Shown here: piece after piece, positions 40,601-55,600 of the stretch
Layout of the letters: the number at the start of each line of letters is the position of its first letter
Numbering within the stretch: the stretch's first letter is position 1
Source of the DNA: Chiloscyllium plagiosum
Taxonomy: Eukaryota
Direction of reading: 5' to 3'
Length of the DNA stretch: 64,000 nucleotides
Assembly (NCBI RefSeq): GCF_004010195.1
Contig: NW_025215381.1
Span: forward strand, 937,909 to 1,001,908
The notes under the pieces: generated by a model
Told to the model about the DNA's origin: nothing
What the model saw: only the letters and a program-made list of their open reading frames with translations
The model's database searches: none
Program-made: the position numbers and the translations under genes

Positions 40601-43600
40601 CTGGCCATTTTAACTTAGTCAATCTGCTCCTTTTTCCCATTAACCTTGCACGTTGTATCTGTTGAAATAAGCATCAAGTGCCCTCTTCAATGCGTCAATT
40701 AAACCTGCCAACACCACACTTCCAGCAATGTACCAGGGTGTACCATTCACTGTACAAGGGTTTTTCTTTTTCTCCATAAGACATAGGAGCAGAAATTAGG
40801 CCATTCACCCCATCAAGTCTGCTCTGCCATTCAATTATGACTGATAACTTTCTAACCCCGTTCTCCTGCTTTCTCCCTGTAACCCTTGGTCCCCTTGACA
40901 ATCAAGAACCTATAGATCTCAGTCTTAAATATACTCAATGACCTGGTCTCTACAATCTTCTGTGGCAGTGAGCCTCACATTTGCTTCTTTTGCAAACATT
41001 TTAAGACTGTGTCTTCTGTGTCTTGGTCCTTTTACATCTCCCTATGCAATTTGTCCAGAACCATCACGATTCTGAAAACTTCTATCAAATCTCCTCTCAC
41101 AGGAAAACATTCCGACTTCTCCAATCTTTATTCATAACTAAATTGTCTTGTTCCTGATCTATTCTTGAAAGCGGCTTTTACACTCCCTCCAGTGCGTTCA
41201 CATCAACGTTCCTGCTCATTTTTCTGCCTCAGCAGACCCCTTAGTCTGTGTGTGACAGTGACTGCCAGAACTAGAAGCCAGTGTTGACATCCTGCTCTCC
41301 GTGCCACAGACCTTAGAGTCACTGCAATTAGAGGGAAAGTTGGTTTACATCCTTCTTTTTGTGTGGCACCCAGAATTTGTGCAAAGTACCACAACTGAGT
41401 TGTTAAAAACATCCATCCAGTTAACAAATCTTCTTTTTGAAGAGAAAGCTGCTTCCTTACCCAACCTGTCCTCCATGGGACTACAAGCTTGTAGCAATGG
41501 GGTTGATTCTACACTGCTATATGGAACAGTTGACCAAGCCACTCAGTTCGAAGGTAGTTAGGGATGGGCAGTAAATGCTGGACTAGCCAGCAAACACCCC
41601 ACATCCCATAAAAAAGTAAAGAAAAGAACCTGTTACGGCGCCCAACTTTTTAATCCGCCTGATGAAATGTGAACAGATATTGCCTGATCTGCTGATTATT
41701 TGCAGCATTGCCTGTTTTTATTCCAGACTAAGTAGGTGTGCATGCATCAGTCACAGTTGCTGATAGACTCTGTGGTTAAATGATGTGCATGATTATATGA
41801 CTAATTTATTTTAGACAGCCTCCCATTACTGTGTATGTATTTATATTGTGTATGTGTATAACTAAATATACATATTTTGGCGAGTCTGAGGGATGTTTCT
41901 TGGTAATGCACATGTCTGCATTAATAATGTACCATAGAATCCCTACAGCGTGGAAACAGGCCATTTCTCCCATCAAGTCCACTCCAACCCTCCGAAGAGT
42001 GTCCCACCCAGACCCATTCCCTCACCCTATTACCCCTGACTATTACCCCATTTCCCCTGACTACTGCACCTCAGCTACACAACCCTGAACACTATGGGCA
42101 ATATAGTATGGCCAATTCACCCTGAAGTGGACATCTTTGGGAGGAAACTGGAGCACCCAGAGGAAACCCACGCAGACACGGGGAGAATGTGCAAACTCCA
42201 CACAGGCAGTTGCCCGAGGGTGGAATTGAACCCAGGTTCCTGGCGCTGTGAGGCAACAGTGCTAACCACTGTGCCACCCTAGATTGTAGCTTGTGCTTGT
42301 GTTGTAAGTGCCCAGTGTTGCATGCTGTTTGTATATATTCTGTTTGAACGAGCTGTGTTAAATCCATTTGTTGTGCTGTGTTCATTCTGCTGTGTGTTTT
42401 TCCCATTATTATCCACTTTAATCACATTTTTCCTGTCATAGTTAATATTGAGACTCCCCCTTATTTAGGAGTTACAGCAATCCGTCCGGATGACCTCGAG
42501 TTTCCCAGCACTATGACGGATATAGACTATGACACTTGGATGCTGAGGTAATGCCGAAATTGGAATGCTTTGTTTGGGGGGGTTTGTGGTAGAAGGGGTG
42601 GTGAATTTATTTCATATTAGATCTGGCGTTAATCTCGGTTCACTCTTCCTTGTCCAGAGAGGCTCCACCTTTGAGGTGTGGCCAGGAATGACACTGATGC
42701 TGGTCAAGCCATGGTTTTTGCTCCAACTGGCTCAGCGTGTTAGGCAATGGCTGTGGAGCCCTCACCCTGGTGTTTGAGAGGCACATGACACTCTTTGTAG
42801 TATGGCTCCTGCTCCACACTCTGACACCTGCAGGAGAAAGTCAGACAGGCCATTGATCAAAGGAGGACACATTGTTATGGGCATTTTGTGGCAATGCTCT
42901 CTAATGTTGGAACCATTTCAGGCATGGAGATGAACTCGGTCATTTGCTGTCGATCAGAATTGATGGAGGGAGAGGTGAATGGGCGTGACGAAGAGAACAT
43001 GGAACCTAATGTCCATGCATGTCTAATTCAATGCCAACGCAGTCTGGCTAGAAAAGGAACTAAGGCAGAGCAAGTTCAGCCACATGGTGTGTCAAGGGAG
43101 TAAGGCAAGGCTGGATGGCCTCTACTTTAATGCCAGGAATGTTTGAAGTAAGACTGATGAGTTAAGGGTATGGATTAACACGTGGAACTGTGATTTTGTT
43201 CCTATCACAGAGATGTGTTTGAGAGAGGGATAAGACTGGCAACTTATTGTTCTGGGATATAGAATCTTAAGGTAAGACAGGGAAGGGTGAAAAAGTGAAG
43301 TTGGTGTCACATTATTAGTTAAAAAGTCAGTTGCTGCAGTAAGGAGGGATGCTATCTTGGAAGAGTCGACACGAGACTTTGTAGATAGAACTTGGGAATA
43401 AAAAGTGAATTATAAGTCTCCAAACAATGAGCGGGCAATTGAGAAGCAGTTAGGTAGTCAGTTCACTAAGGTTTGCACATACAGTAATACAGTAGTTATA
43501 TTAAGGGATTTCAACTATACCAGTTGGGATAATCCTAGTATAAAGGGTTTAGAGAGGAGATTTCTGGCAGGATCTGGCCAAAATCGACTAGGAACAGTTA

Positions 43601-46600
43601 CTTCAGAGTAAATCTGCAGCAGAACAGTGGGAAGCATACAAAAAGTTACTGGGGGAGGACATGTCCAACACAACCCTTTAGGGTGAAAACTAGGAGCAGC
43701 AAGGGCAGAGATTCACAGATGCCTCGGAAAAGGAAGTGGTGGAGACCTTAGAAAATATAAAGGTGGATAAATCTCCAGGACCTGATCTAGTGTACCTCAG
43801 GGAAGTTAGGGAGGAAATTGTGGGGCCCCTTGCAGAAATATTTGTATCATCTATAAATACAGGTGAGGTGCTAAATGACTGGAGAATTGTTATGTTGTGT
43901 CTTTGTTCAAGAAGGGATGTAAGGAGAAGCCTGGAACTATACACCGGTGCGTCTGACTTCGGAGGTGGGTAAGTTATTGGAAGTGATTTTGAAAAATAGG
44001 ATTTATATGCATTTGAAGAGGCAAGGTATGATTTGGGATAGTTAGCATGGTTTGCGCAAGGGAAATCGTGTCTCACAAACTTGATTGAGTTTTTTGAGAA
44101 CATAACCAAAAAGATTGAGGGCAGAGCGGTAGACATTGTTTCCATGGACTTCAGTAAAGCTTTTGACGAGGTTCTATGTAATAGATGGGGGGGAAAAAAA
44201 TGGCGTAATGGCAGGATAGGAAGAGGTGTAGTGCCTGGAGAAGGTTACAGAGATGGGAAGAGGTGTAGTGCCTGGAGGAGGTTACAGCGATAGGGAGGGG
44301 CATCAGAGCTAGATCAGGTAATGGAAATAGAGAAGTCTGTAGGGGCTGGATAGGAGGGACTTTTTGGAACTGGTGGAGATCAGAGATGAAGAGGGAGAGA
44401 TCATCGATCAATTTTTGAAAGTTTTGATGAGAACTTTTAACATTTAGATGTTGTCAGCCTGGGAACCAGTTCAGGATCATTAGCACAGAGACCATTTGGT
44501 CTCTTGAGCCTGTGCCCACATTGTTAGAGTCGAGAGTGTGGTTCTGGAAAAGCACAACAGGTCAGGCAGCATCCGAGGAGCAGGAGAATCGATGTTTCGG
44601 GCGTGAGCCCTTCATCAGGAAGCCTCATTCCTAATGAAGGGCTTATGCCTGAAATGTCGATTCTCCTGCTCCTTGGATGCTGCCTGACCTGCTGTGCTTT
44701 TCCAGCACCACGTTCCCAACTCTGATCTCCAGCATCTGCAGTCCTCACTTTCTTCCACATTGTTCAATCCTGACTGACCCTGCTTTGATTCCTGCTGTCC
44801 CTAATGGTATGCACAGGTTTTCCTTGACCAATCGCGAGAGGAGCTTATCCCAGTCTTTATTGGTGCAATCAGTTCTCTGCATTGCAGAGTTGGTATGCAT
44901 GGGTGTGTCTCATTGCCTGTTGTGAGTGGCTTCAGTCCTTAACGTCTTTCTGGTGGTCTTGACTTATCACCCCCATCCCATTTTCAGTGGCACAGCTATC
45001 ATGCAAGATGGGAACACGATGCGCAACAATTATGGCTGTGATCTGGACTCATTAACCACTGGCTCACGAATTGGGATGATGCGCAGCTTGAATGGTGACC
45101 TCCATTACTACATCAACGGGGTGGATCAGGGCGTGGCGTGCCTGGGCCTACCACCAGGTAAGTTATCACCATGAGGTAGATGTGCTTCGTGTCTGACCAT
45201 GACGGAGGGAGGATCCATCAGCAAACATTGATGTACTGACCAGCTTTCACTCACATCTGGCATATGGAGACAGCAGTCTGTCAATCAGTTTGAAAGCTTT
45301 GACTCAGTAGGGAGAGCACTTTTTCTCTTCTTTCGTGCTGTCTTTCGTTCTCCCATGATGCTGTCTCTTGCTGATATTCTATTGCTGTGTAATCCTGACA
45401 CCCTCATTCCCTTGCGATCGCACTCTGTCATGCTGTCTTATTCTATTTCACTTCCACTCACATCCCCTCAGCCATGTTCTTTCAGTTTTTCACTGTGTCA
45501 CGCTGTCTTGCTGTCTTTCATTCTTGCTCCTGTTCCCGTGTTCCTTCGCACTCATTCCCTCACTATGGCCTCTTGCGCTTTCTTGTTCTCTTGCCCCCTC
45601 TCCTGCATTTTAAAAAATATTTGTTCATGGGAAGTGGGCGCTTGTGGCATAGAGAAGGTGGTGTGCGCTGCCTTCTTGATGTTGTTAACATGTTGGGAAA
45701 TACTGTCAGGAAGGGAGTTCCAGAATTTTGACCCAGCAACAATGAAGAAACAGCAATATTCTTCCAAGTCAGAATTTTGAAGGTTCTATATTTCATCTTT
45801 CACACTCCATCTCTTTCTATCGATCTCTCTCTTTTCCTTCTAAACCAAATGCTTATTGGTTAAATCCCTCTTCTCAGGATTTAAGGTCATTTTCCAAGTC
45901 TGACACTGCCCAGTTGTGAAGGCAGTACCCTTGAGAAGAGATGTGAAAACTGAAGCCCCCACACCCTGAAAGGTCCCACATGTAGCCCTCTCTACTTGGC
46001 TGGAGGGAAGAGCCTCGTCCCTTGTGGTGCTCAGCTTTGAGTTAACACTCCAGTCAGCTAGTGCATGAAATGGTGTATAAACCCTTTTCGCATGGAGTCA
46101 CTGTGAGTTCAGCAATCAGGAGTCAGTCCAGGGGCACAGCAGCCTTGTAGTCCCTTACCTCAGCAGGAGCTGATGTTGTCAGAAGAGCCTGTCCTTGTCT
46201 CTGAAACTGTATTTCTCCCAATTGGAATGATTTAAGATAAGGGAAAGAAATGCCTGAGAGCAAAAAGGGAAGGGGGATGAGGGGGGTGCGCATTCATCAA
46301 CGAGCTAACCATGCAAGTGTTTTCCTTTTAAACTGTAGGTGGCAGGTGAAGCCTTGGGCGACATTGTAGGAATACCTGTCATCAAGCTGTTCACAGGGGT
46401 TGTCTTTGGGGATCCATTGGCTTTAAGAAGAGTAATCTCCATCTCCATCATATTTCTTAACAAAGGATGGACCGTGATCAACATGCTGAGTGCGTAGTTG
46501 CAGCCCGTCTTATCTCAGCTAGATTTTCATGTTCAGTTGCATCTCGGAGACAAGGCTACCTGACATTGAGATTACCTGTTATTCTTCACCTCCCCGAGCA

Positions 46601-49600
46601 GTGCTGCCCAGTTTCCAGTGGAGAGTAGAAATAAGTGTTTGCTTTAATGGGTTTTCGGTGAGTGTACTGCAGCTGCTATTACTGACCTGGTTCCTCTGCC
46701 TGCAGAGCTTTACGCTGTGGTTGATCTGTACGGACAGTGCGTCCAAGTATCTATTACCAGTGGCTCACCACCCATGGACAACAGCCTATCACTGAGCAAT
46801 GCCACCGAGAAATCCTTCCCAATACATTCCCCAGGTATGCACATTCCTCCATCATCGCCAGCAACCCTTTTGCTCTGTTCCACAGCATTACATAAGAACT
46901 AGGAGCAGGAGTAGGCCATTTGGCCCTTCAAACATTGTCAATAATCTATTGTTGAGTAGACAACCTGGGTCTGAGATGCTGCTGCAAATCGGAGAGATCT
47001 TTTCTCCAACCCCAGCCACCTCATCGCCACCCTTCCTTCCACTGCAACTTACTGAACCAGTTAAGACTATGTTGGCCACCAGGGTCTTGGGTTCTTTATT
47101 GCAACAGCTGTTCACACTGGTTGGGGAACACGTTTTTGCTTCCTGCATTGTCCTGCAAGCATTGGACATGTGGGGGAGAGAGAGATGTGACAAACTCTCT
47201 GGCATGTGCCCATGTGTATTTTCAAATCATAGTAGAAAAAGCGTACAAATTTCTAATAAGTGCATGAGTGCGGGAAAGCTCCAAATTATCAGCTCCATCC
47301 CACAGAGACAACATATGCACTATTCGTGTGTGGCCTGGATAGTATCAAGTGTCTAAAGTCAGACCCCTGGTGTGAGGTCCGGGCACCTCGAACACTGACC
47401 TTTGTTCCTCCTGAACAGTTTCTCCAATGAGCACGTCAAGCCACAAGTGCTATTGCTTTAAAGGGGTCGCACAAGTGCGGGATTTTGGCAGTGAGGAGAA
47501 AATGTGGTTAACGCCTCACCCTGACAGTGTTTGTCACTTTCAGTTCCAGGAATCGCGCACCGCTTCCACTCCAACTGCGGGAAGAATGTGGCATTGCAGA
47601 ATGACGGGTGTCGAGCTGTTCGGATCCACGGCTTTTCCCATGGGGTCGTTCTGAGCATGAAGGAGTTGAGGTCTGATGAGCTCTTCGAGGTAACTTGAAC
47701 AGTATTCTCCTTGCGGTTGACATGGCAAAGATGCAATTAGAGTCATAGAATTCTACAGCTCAGAGAGAGCACTTCTGTCCATAGGGACTGCTGGTTGGTT
47801 TATTGTATACGAGCTCCCTGATTCTGACACTGGGCTTATGTAGTGAGGTTTGATGTGGTGAAAAACCCAGGAGACAGATACTTCAGAAGCAAAGGAAACT
47901 CAGATTTTATTAAAACAAGCAAAATTGAAGAAGTAGAATAGAATTCCTACAGTGTGGAAACAGGCCCTTCGGTCCAACACGTCTACACCAACCCCTCTGA
48001 AGAGTAAGCCACCCACACCCATTCCCCTCCCCTATTATCCTACACTTAGCCCTGACTAATGCATCTAATCTACAGATCCCTGAACAATATGGGCAGTTTA
48101 GCATGGCCAGTTCACCTAACCTGCACAAGTTTCGATTGTGGGAGAAAACCGGAGCAAACTCACCAGGGGCGGGAGAATGTGCAAACTCCACCCAGCCAGG
48201 ACCCCAGGCTGGAATCGAACCCAGGTCCCTGGTGCTGTGAGGCAGCAATGCGAATCCCTGAGCCCGCATGAATATTTCAAAAACCCCAATGTTACAGATT
48301 AAGTGAAGTGAGACATATCTGACAGCTAACTAGCACCCCAGTTAACACTTACAATCCTGATATGGTACTGTGGGTTTAAAATTACTGAGAGCTGTTAATT
48401 ACTGGGTGACAGGAAAGAGGAGAGCGCGCGAGAGAGAAATGCTAGTCCCAGGGTCCTGTCCTGCTTCCCTTCCCCAGGGGTGCCCATCAGCCCTGAAGCC
48501 CCACTCTTCCTGCCCTATCTAACTGAGCTGGCACAGAGGGTCTCGATGACCTTGTGCTCACGCCTGAAGTGGTTTCTGTCAGCTTCTGATGGTGGTGAAC
48601 GTCGCTGGCACTACCCGGGTCGGTATCCCAGCTGTGCGGTCGCTTCTCGGCAGCATGTAGAGCTTCGTGGATGAGAAGATCGCTTGCTGTCTTTCTTTTC
48701 CTGAATCTGTGATGGTTACAACTGGTGGCTCGCTGCAGCTGGTTGTGGCTGATTCTCTGGACTCTGACCGAACCTCTCACTGAATCAGCTCTCCCTTAGA
48801 GATCAGGGTTCCCCAGTTATGCTGACTGATGGCTCCCCTTTATCTCCCACCAAATCTGGATTTGATTACTTAACTATTGCTGCTCTGTTTGGGGCTGAAT
48901 GAGCCTCCTGATTATTAGATGAGGTTCTTCCATAAAAATGAATGAGTTTCCAAAAGTTTGGAATATCCAGTATTTCTCTTGGATGGATGCAGGTTAAAGT
49001 TCTACTGATAGTGGTATGCCTTCACACTTAAAGGCAAATCGGATTGCATGGAGTACAATGGTGTGGAATGTTCAGTCTCTCTGTGTATAAGCAAACTGAT
49101 TAAAAGTTGAATGGTTTTGGACTTTTGTAGACTCCAGAATGTTTCCGTTGTTTGCTCTGCAGCCTGGTGTTCATTGTCTTTAGCACCACTCTTATCTAGA
49201 CTCTGGTTTCCAGCATCTGCAGTCCTCACTTTTGCCTCCTTCATTATTTTTAGAGTCAAGAGTGTGGTGCTGAAAAAGCACAGCAGGTCAGGCAGCATCG
49301 AGGAACAAGAAAATCAACATTTTGGGCAAAAGCCCTTCATCAGGAATGAGGCTAGGAGCCTTGGGGGAGGTGGGGTGGGGGTGGGGAGGAGGGTAGCTGA
49401 GAGTGAAACAGGTGGATGGAGGTGATAGGTCAGAGAGGAGGGTGGAGCAGATAGGTGGGAAGGAAGATTGACAGGTGGGACAGGCCATGAGGATGGAGCC
49501 GAGCTGGCAGGTAGGAACTGCGGTAAGGTGGGGGAGGGGGAAGTGAGGAAACTGGTGAATGTCACATTGATGCCATGGGGTTGGATGGTCCCGAGGCAGA

Positions 49601-52600
49601 AGATGAGGCATCCTTCCTCCAGCTGTTGGGCGGTAAGGCTGTGGCGATGGAGGAGGCCCAGGATCTACATGTCCTCGGCAGAGTGGGAGGGGGAGTTGAA
49701 ATGTTGGGCCACGGGGCGGTGGAGCTGGTTGGTGCGGGTGTCCCAGAGATGTTCTCTAAAACACTCTGCAAGTAGGTTTCCGATCTCCCCAATGTAGAGG
49801 AGACCGCATCGGGAGCAACGGATACAGTAACTGACGTGTGGAGGTGCAGGTGAAACTTTGATGGATGTGGAAGGCTCCTATGGGGCCTTGGATGGTGGTG
49901 AGGGAGGAGGTGTGGATGCAGGTTTTGCAATTCCTGCGGTGGCAGGAGAAGGTGCCGGGTTGTTGGGGGGTGTGGACCTGACCAGGTAGTCAGAGGGAAC
50001 GGTCTTTGCGGAAAGGGGTGGGGAGGGAAATATATTGCTGTTGGTGGGATCTGTTTCTAGGTGGCAGAAATGCAGAGGATGATGCGATGTATACGGAGGT
50101 TGGTGGGGTGGAAGAACCAGGGAGGTTCTGTCCTTGTTGCGGTTGGAGGGGTGGAGTTTAAGGGTGGAGGTGCAGGAATGTGAATGAGATACGCTGGAGG
50201 GCATCTTCAACCACGTGGGAGGGAAAATTGCAGTCTTAAAAGAAGGAGGCCACCTGGTGTATTCTGTGGTGGAAGGCCTCAAAGGAACCTTCCACATCCA
50301 TCAAAGTTTCACCTGCACTGCCACACATGTCATTTACTGTATCCCTTCGTCCTGGTGCGGTTTCCTCTACATTTGGGAGACAGGACGCCTACTTGCAGAG
50401 TGCTTCAGAGAACATCTCCGGGACACCTGCACCAATCAACCCCACCACCCCATGGCTGAACACTTTAATTCCCCCTCCCACTCTGCCAAGGACATGCAGA
50501 TTCTGGGCCTCCTCCATTGCCGCAGCCTTATTGCTCAACAGCTGGAGGAAGAACGCCTCATTTTCTGCCTCTGGATCCTGCAACCTCATGGCATCAATGT
50601 GACTTCACCAGTCTCCTCATTTCCTCTCCCACCACCTTATCCCAGTTCCAACCTTCCAGCTCAGCACCATCCTCATGGCCTGTCCCACCTGTCAATCTTC
50701 CTTCCCACCTATCCGCTCGATCCTCTCCGACCTATCACCTTTACTCTTACATCCATCCACCTATTGTACTCTCAGCTACCATCCCCCCAGCCCCATCCCC
50801 CTCACATTTATCGCTCCACCCCCGAGGCTCCCAGCCTCATTCCTGTTGAAGGGCTTTTGCCCAAAACATCGATCCTCCTCCGCCTCGGATGCTGCCTGAC
50901 CTGCTGTGCTTTTCCAGCACCACATTCTTGACTGTAATCTCCAGCATCTGCAGTCCTTTTGTCTTTAGCTGAGGTGTTTTTGTGGCTCTTCCTTCAGCTG
51001 AACAAGCTAAATCTCTATTCCAGATAGCTGTCCCTAGGCTTGCATAATAGTCTGTCTGAGCCAGGGAGCTCAGTGACTCTTAGTTCAAATGTGAATGCCA
51101 CAAACTCGCGTCCCAAATTCAGAGAGTTTTAGTCCAGGGTATCTGATGGGGATTTTTCCCCCACCGTGCATGTCCCATTGTGTCCTTGAGCCAGTCAGAA
51201 ATACCAACCGTACTTGGCCATAGCCTTGAATGCCTTGGCATCTCACGTGCACGTCTAAGTACGATTTCAATTTAATGAGGATTTCTGCCTCTACTACCCT
51301 TGCATGCAGTGAGTTCCAGATTCTCACCACCCTCTGGATGAAAAAGATTTTCCTTACATCTTCTCAAGTCCTTCTGCCCCTTTTGTAATTGATCGGTCCC
51401 TCAAGGGGAAATATTTCCTCCTATCTACCATATCTCTGACCTTCATAATTTTATACATCTCAATCATGTGCCCTCTCAATCTCCTCTGCTCCAATGAAAA
51501 CAACCCCTGTCTTTCCAATCTCTCTTCCTAACTGATTCGATTAACATATTCAAAATTGTCAACTATTTAGCGGGAGGAATTAACCAATCTCACCTCCAGT
51601 CGCTGAGGGGTTGGTAACCAGAGGTCACAGATTGAACCTGATTGGAAAAAAGAACCAGAGGCAATATCAGTAAAATAATTTTAGTATTGCCAGTGGTTAG
51701 GATTTGGAATACACTGTCTGATAGGGCCCTGAAGAAGGGTTACACCTGAAACACCGACTTCTTCGCCTCCTGATGCTGCCTGGCTTGCTGTGTTCTTCCA
51801 GCCTCCTGCCTGTCTACTTTGGATTCCAGCACCTGATAGGGTTCCGATGGCAATTAAAAGGCTATGTGACTGGCTAAATCGAACTCAATGGGCTGTTTGG
51901 TCTCCTTCCAAAAGTGGTGGTCAAAATGTGTAAGGAGCTTTGAAAAAAATGTGTGGCAGTTGCTCACATTGAGAGTGGTGCTAGAACCTATGCAATTGGC
52001 AAATCGGAAGAGCTTGCAGATTTACAATGAACCACACGAAGGCACACCTTCTGAGACCATCAGGCCATGAGATAGGGGCTTTCTATACACTCGTGGGCAT
52101 TGCTGGCTGGCTAGTAACTATTACCTGTCCTTAGTTGCCCTTGAGAAGATGGTGGTAAGCTACCTTCTTGAACCGTTGCAGTCCATGTGCTGTAGGTACC
52201 CTTAGGGAGGGAGTTCTAGGGTTTTGACCTAGCTATAGAGAAGGACCAGGGATATATTTCTAAGTCAGGATGGTGAATGGTTTGGAGGGAAAGTTGTAAA
52301 TGGGTGGTGTTCCCATGTATCTGCTGCCCATGTTCTTCTAGATGCAAATGATTGTCGGTTTGGGAGGTACATAATATTCACTGCTGCAACTGAGCATCAG
52401 TGATGGAGGGAATGGTTGCTTGTGAATGATATTTATTCAATCGTGAGATGAAGGCGGTTGTTGGCTGGGCCAGCATTTATTTCCCATCCCTAATTGCCCA
52501 GAGGGCAGTTAAGAGTAAACCACATTGCGGTGGGTCTGGAGTCACATGTAGGCCAAACCAGCGAAGGATGGCAGTTTCATTCCCTCAAGGACATTAGTGA

Positions 52601-55600
52601 ACTAGATGGGTTTTTCCAATAATTGACAATGTTTTCATGGTCATCATCAGACCTTAATTCAGACTTTTTTTATTGAATTCAAATTCTACCATCTGCTGTG
52701 GTGGGATTTGACCCCAAGTCTCTGTATTAACAGTCCAGTGATAATACCACTAGGCGGCGACCTCCCCACTGTTGTGCCAGTGAAGTGGGTTGCTTTGTCC
52801 TGGTTGGAGTCAAGCTTCTTGAGTGGTGTTGGAGTTGCACTAACCAGGAAAGAGGGAAGTACTCCACCATATTCCTGATTTGTGCCTTGTAGATGGCGGA
52901 TAGGCTTTGGGAGTCAGGAGCGGACTTTTGATCTACCAGATGCGCCTGAAAGGGCGGTGAATGGAGATGCATTTGTAAGTTTGGATAAATACTTGAAAAG
53001 AGAACTTTTCAGTGATTGGAAAAAAGTAATGTGACTTGGGAGAAATGGGTCAAAGATTGCAGAAATGTTCTGAATTGGCTAACTCCTTCACTGGTATGAT
53101 TACAGACCATTATGTGAGCATGACATGATCAGCATTGAGTCAGGCCTTCTGTCCTCAGATGAGTGCAATGGTTTGTTCCTGTGCAGTGTGGTTTTGAGAG
53201 CCCTCAACCAGTGTCAGGAGGGAACTTTGACTACTTCCAGTCTGAGCCCTGAGAATGCTTGATTAGTTTAGCAACATGTTCCATTTTGCACAGTTGAATG
53301 CAGCCAAGAGCATCACTCTGCAAGATGACACCTTATTAGGTATGGCCTTTGAAATAATAGGAAGAAGTAATTCAGTCTGCTCCGACATTCGATAACATCA
53401 TATCTGATCTGATTGTGTTCTCAACTTCACTTTCTTAACTGAATTTCATGATCCTGATTTCTTTGTCAACCACTCTTCCATTTGAGAGTGAGAAGCTTGG
53501 GTCAGAAACAGCTGTGCAAAACTTATATAAGGGTAATTATGCTTGGATGAGGACAGCGGAAGAGTCGAAGGAAGGATCACTCGACCCTAACCGTTAACTC
53601 TGATTTCTCTCCACAAATACTGTCAGACCTGCTGAGCTTTTCCATCAATTTCTGTGGATGTGGGCAGAGTTGGCTGACGTGGACTTGGAAAGGAGTTTCA
53701 CAGAAAAGACGGTCAAGAAACTAGTTTGTGACTTGCACCAAAAAGAAAATTCCATCGAGGAGGAAGAATTCTTGGAAGGGGATAAACTTGCCAAGATTAA
53801 CCAAGACCTTTTAGGATAAAATCGATTGAAGGAAAGAAACATACAACATTATTGCCAAGAATAGTGGTGAAACAGAGGATTGTGCAAGCTTTAAAAATCA
53901 TCAGAAGGTCGTCCAAAAAACGAAATGAAAACTACAGGTAAACTAGCAAGTAAGAGCAAGACGGAGTTTTTTTAAATATATAAAAAAGAAAAGCCAAAGT
54001 GAACTTAGCCTGCTCAGAGAATGAGGCTGAGAGAACAATAATGAGGAACCAGGAAATGGCAGCGGAGTTGAATACGTACTTTGGAACAGGCCTTTAGATT
54101 AGATTAGATTCCCTACAGTGTGGAAACAGGCCCTTCGGCCCAACAAGTCCACACTGACCCTCCGAAGAGTAATCCACCCGGACTCATTCCCCCACCCTAA
54201 TACTATGGGCAGTTTAGTGTGGCTGTATCTGCTGACAATCCTCCTCGCTAATCTTTGTACTGTCTGCAAAATTACTAAATAGACCAGCCAAGTTTTCCTC
54301 CAAATCATTTACGTAGATCACGAACAGCAGAGGACCCAGCACTGATCTCTGTAGAACACTACTAGTCACAACGCTCCATTCTGAAAAGCATCCTTCCACT
54401 GCTATCCTCTATCTCCTATGACTAAGCTAGTTCTGTATCCATCTTACCAACGCACCCTGATACCATGTGACTTCAGCTTTTGTACCAATTTGTCATGAGG
54501 GACCTTGTCAAAGGCTTTACTGAAGTCCATGTAAACAAGAACGACCGCTTTTTCCTCATCAATCATCTTCGTCACCACCTCAAAATACTTGATCAAATTA
54601 GTGAGACACCACCTCACTAGTGTTGGAAAAGGTTATAACAGAATTTATAATTATCTAGAGAGGAATAAGTTGATTAGGGATCGTCAACATGGTTTTGTGA
54701 AGGGTGGGTTGTTACTTACAAACCTTGTTAAGTTCTTTGAGATGGTGACCAAACAGGTTCACAACTTTTCATACAATCTGTCGTTCATGCATAAATGGCT
54801 GTTCCTGGACTCTTATCAACTGCTGTTTGAAATACTCTCCCATGTCCGATGTGGATTTACCATCAAACATCTGCCTCCAATCAAAATTCTCCAGTTCCTG
54901 CCTAATATTGTTATAGTTTGCCTTCCCCCAATTTAACATCATCACCCAAGGACTGTTATTATCCCTGCCCGTAGTATCTTAAAGCTCATGGTACTATGGT
55001 CTACTCCTGAAATGCTCCCCCATTGTAAAGAGAGACATACTGGCATTGTTGTGGTTCTGTTCGCCGAGCTGGGAATTTGTGTTGCAGACGTTTCGTTCCC
55101 TGTCTAGGTGACATCCTCAGTGCTTGGGAGCCTCCTGTGAAGGGCTTCTGTGATCTTTCCTCCAGCATTTATAGTGATTTGTATCTGCTGCTTCCGGTTG
55201 TCAGTTCCAGCTGTCCGCTGCAATGACCAGTATATTGGGTCCAGGTCGATGTGTTTATTGATTGAATCTGTGGATGAATGCCATGCCTCTAGGAATTCCC
55301 TGACTGTTCTCTGTTTGGCTTGTCTGGCATTGTTGGCAGTCCAGAGAAGGTTCATTGGTATGGAAGACCTGTCTTATGAGGAGAGATTGAGTAGGTTTTC
55401 ATTGGCATTTAGAAGAATGAGAGAAGGCTTTCCTTTTTTGTTCATTTGTGGGATGTGGACGTCGCTGGCTGGCCAGCATTTATTGCATGTTCCACGTTGC
55501 CCTTGAGAAGGTGGTGATGAGCTGTCACCTTGAACCGCTGCAGTCCACCTGCTACAGGTTGACCCACAATGTCGTTAGGGAGGGAAGGCCAGCATTTTGA

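Noticed and set aside
45158..45166. Alternative donor adding GK after LPP
   Set aside because: The sequence reads ggtaagtta with no GT at the position needed for an in-frame 6-nt extension.
50215..50931. 238-aa GIY-YIG ORF as a domesticated nuclease
   Set aside because: It starts in the antisense arm across the inversion junction, has YIW for YIG and a broken CxxC, and reads through into the 3' UTR.
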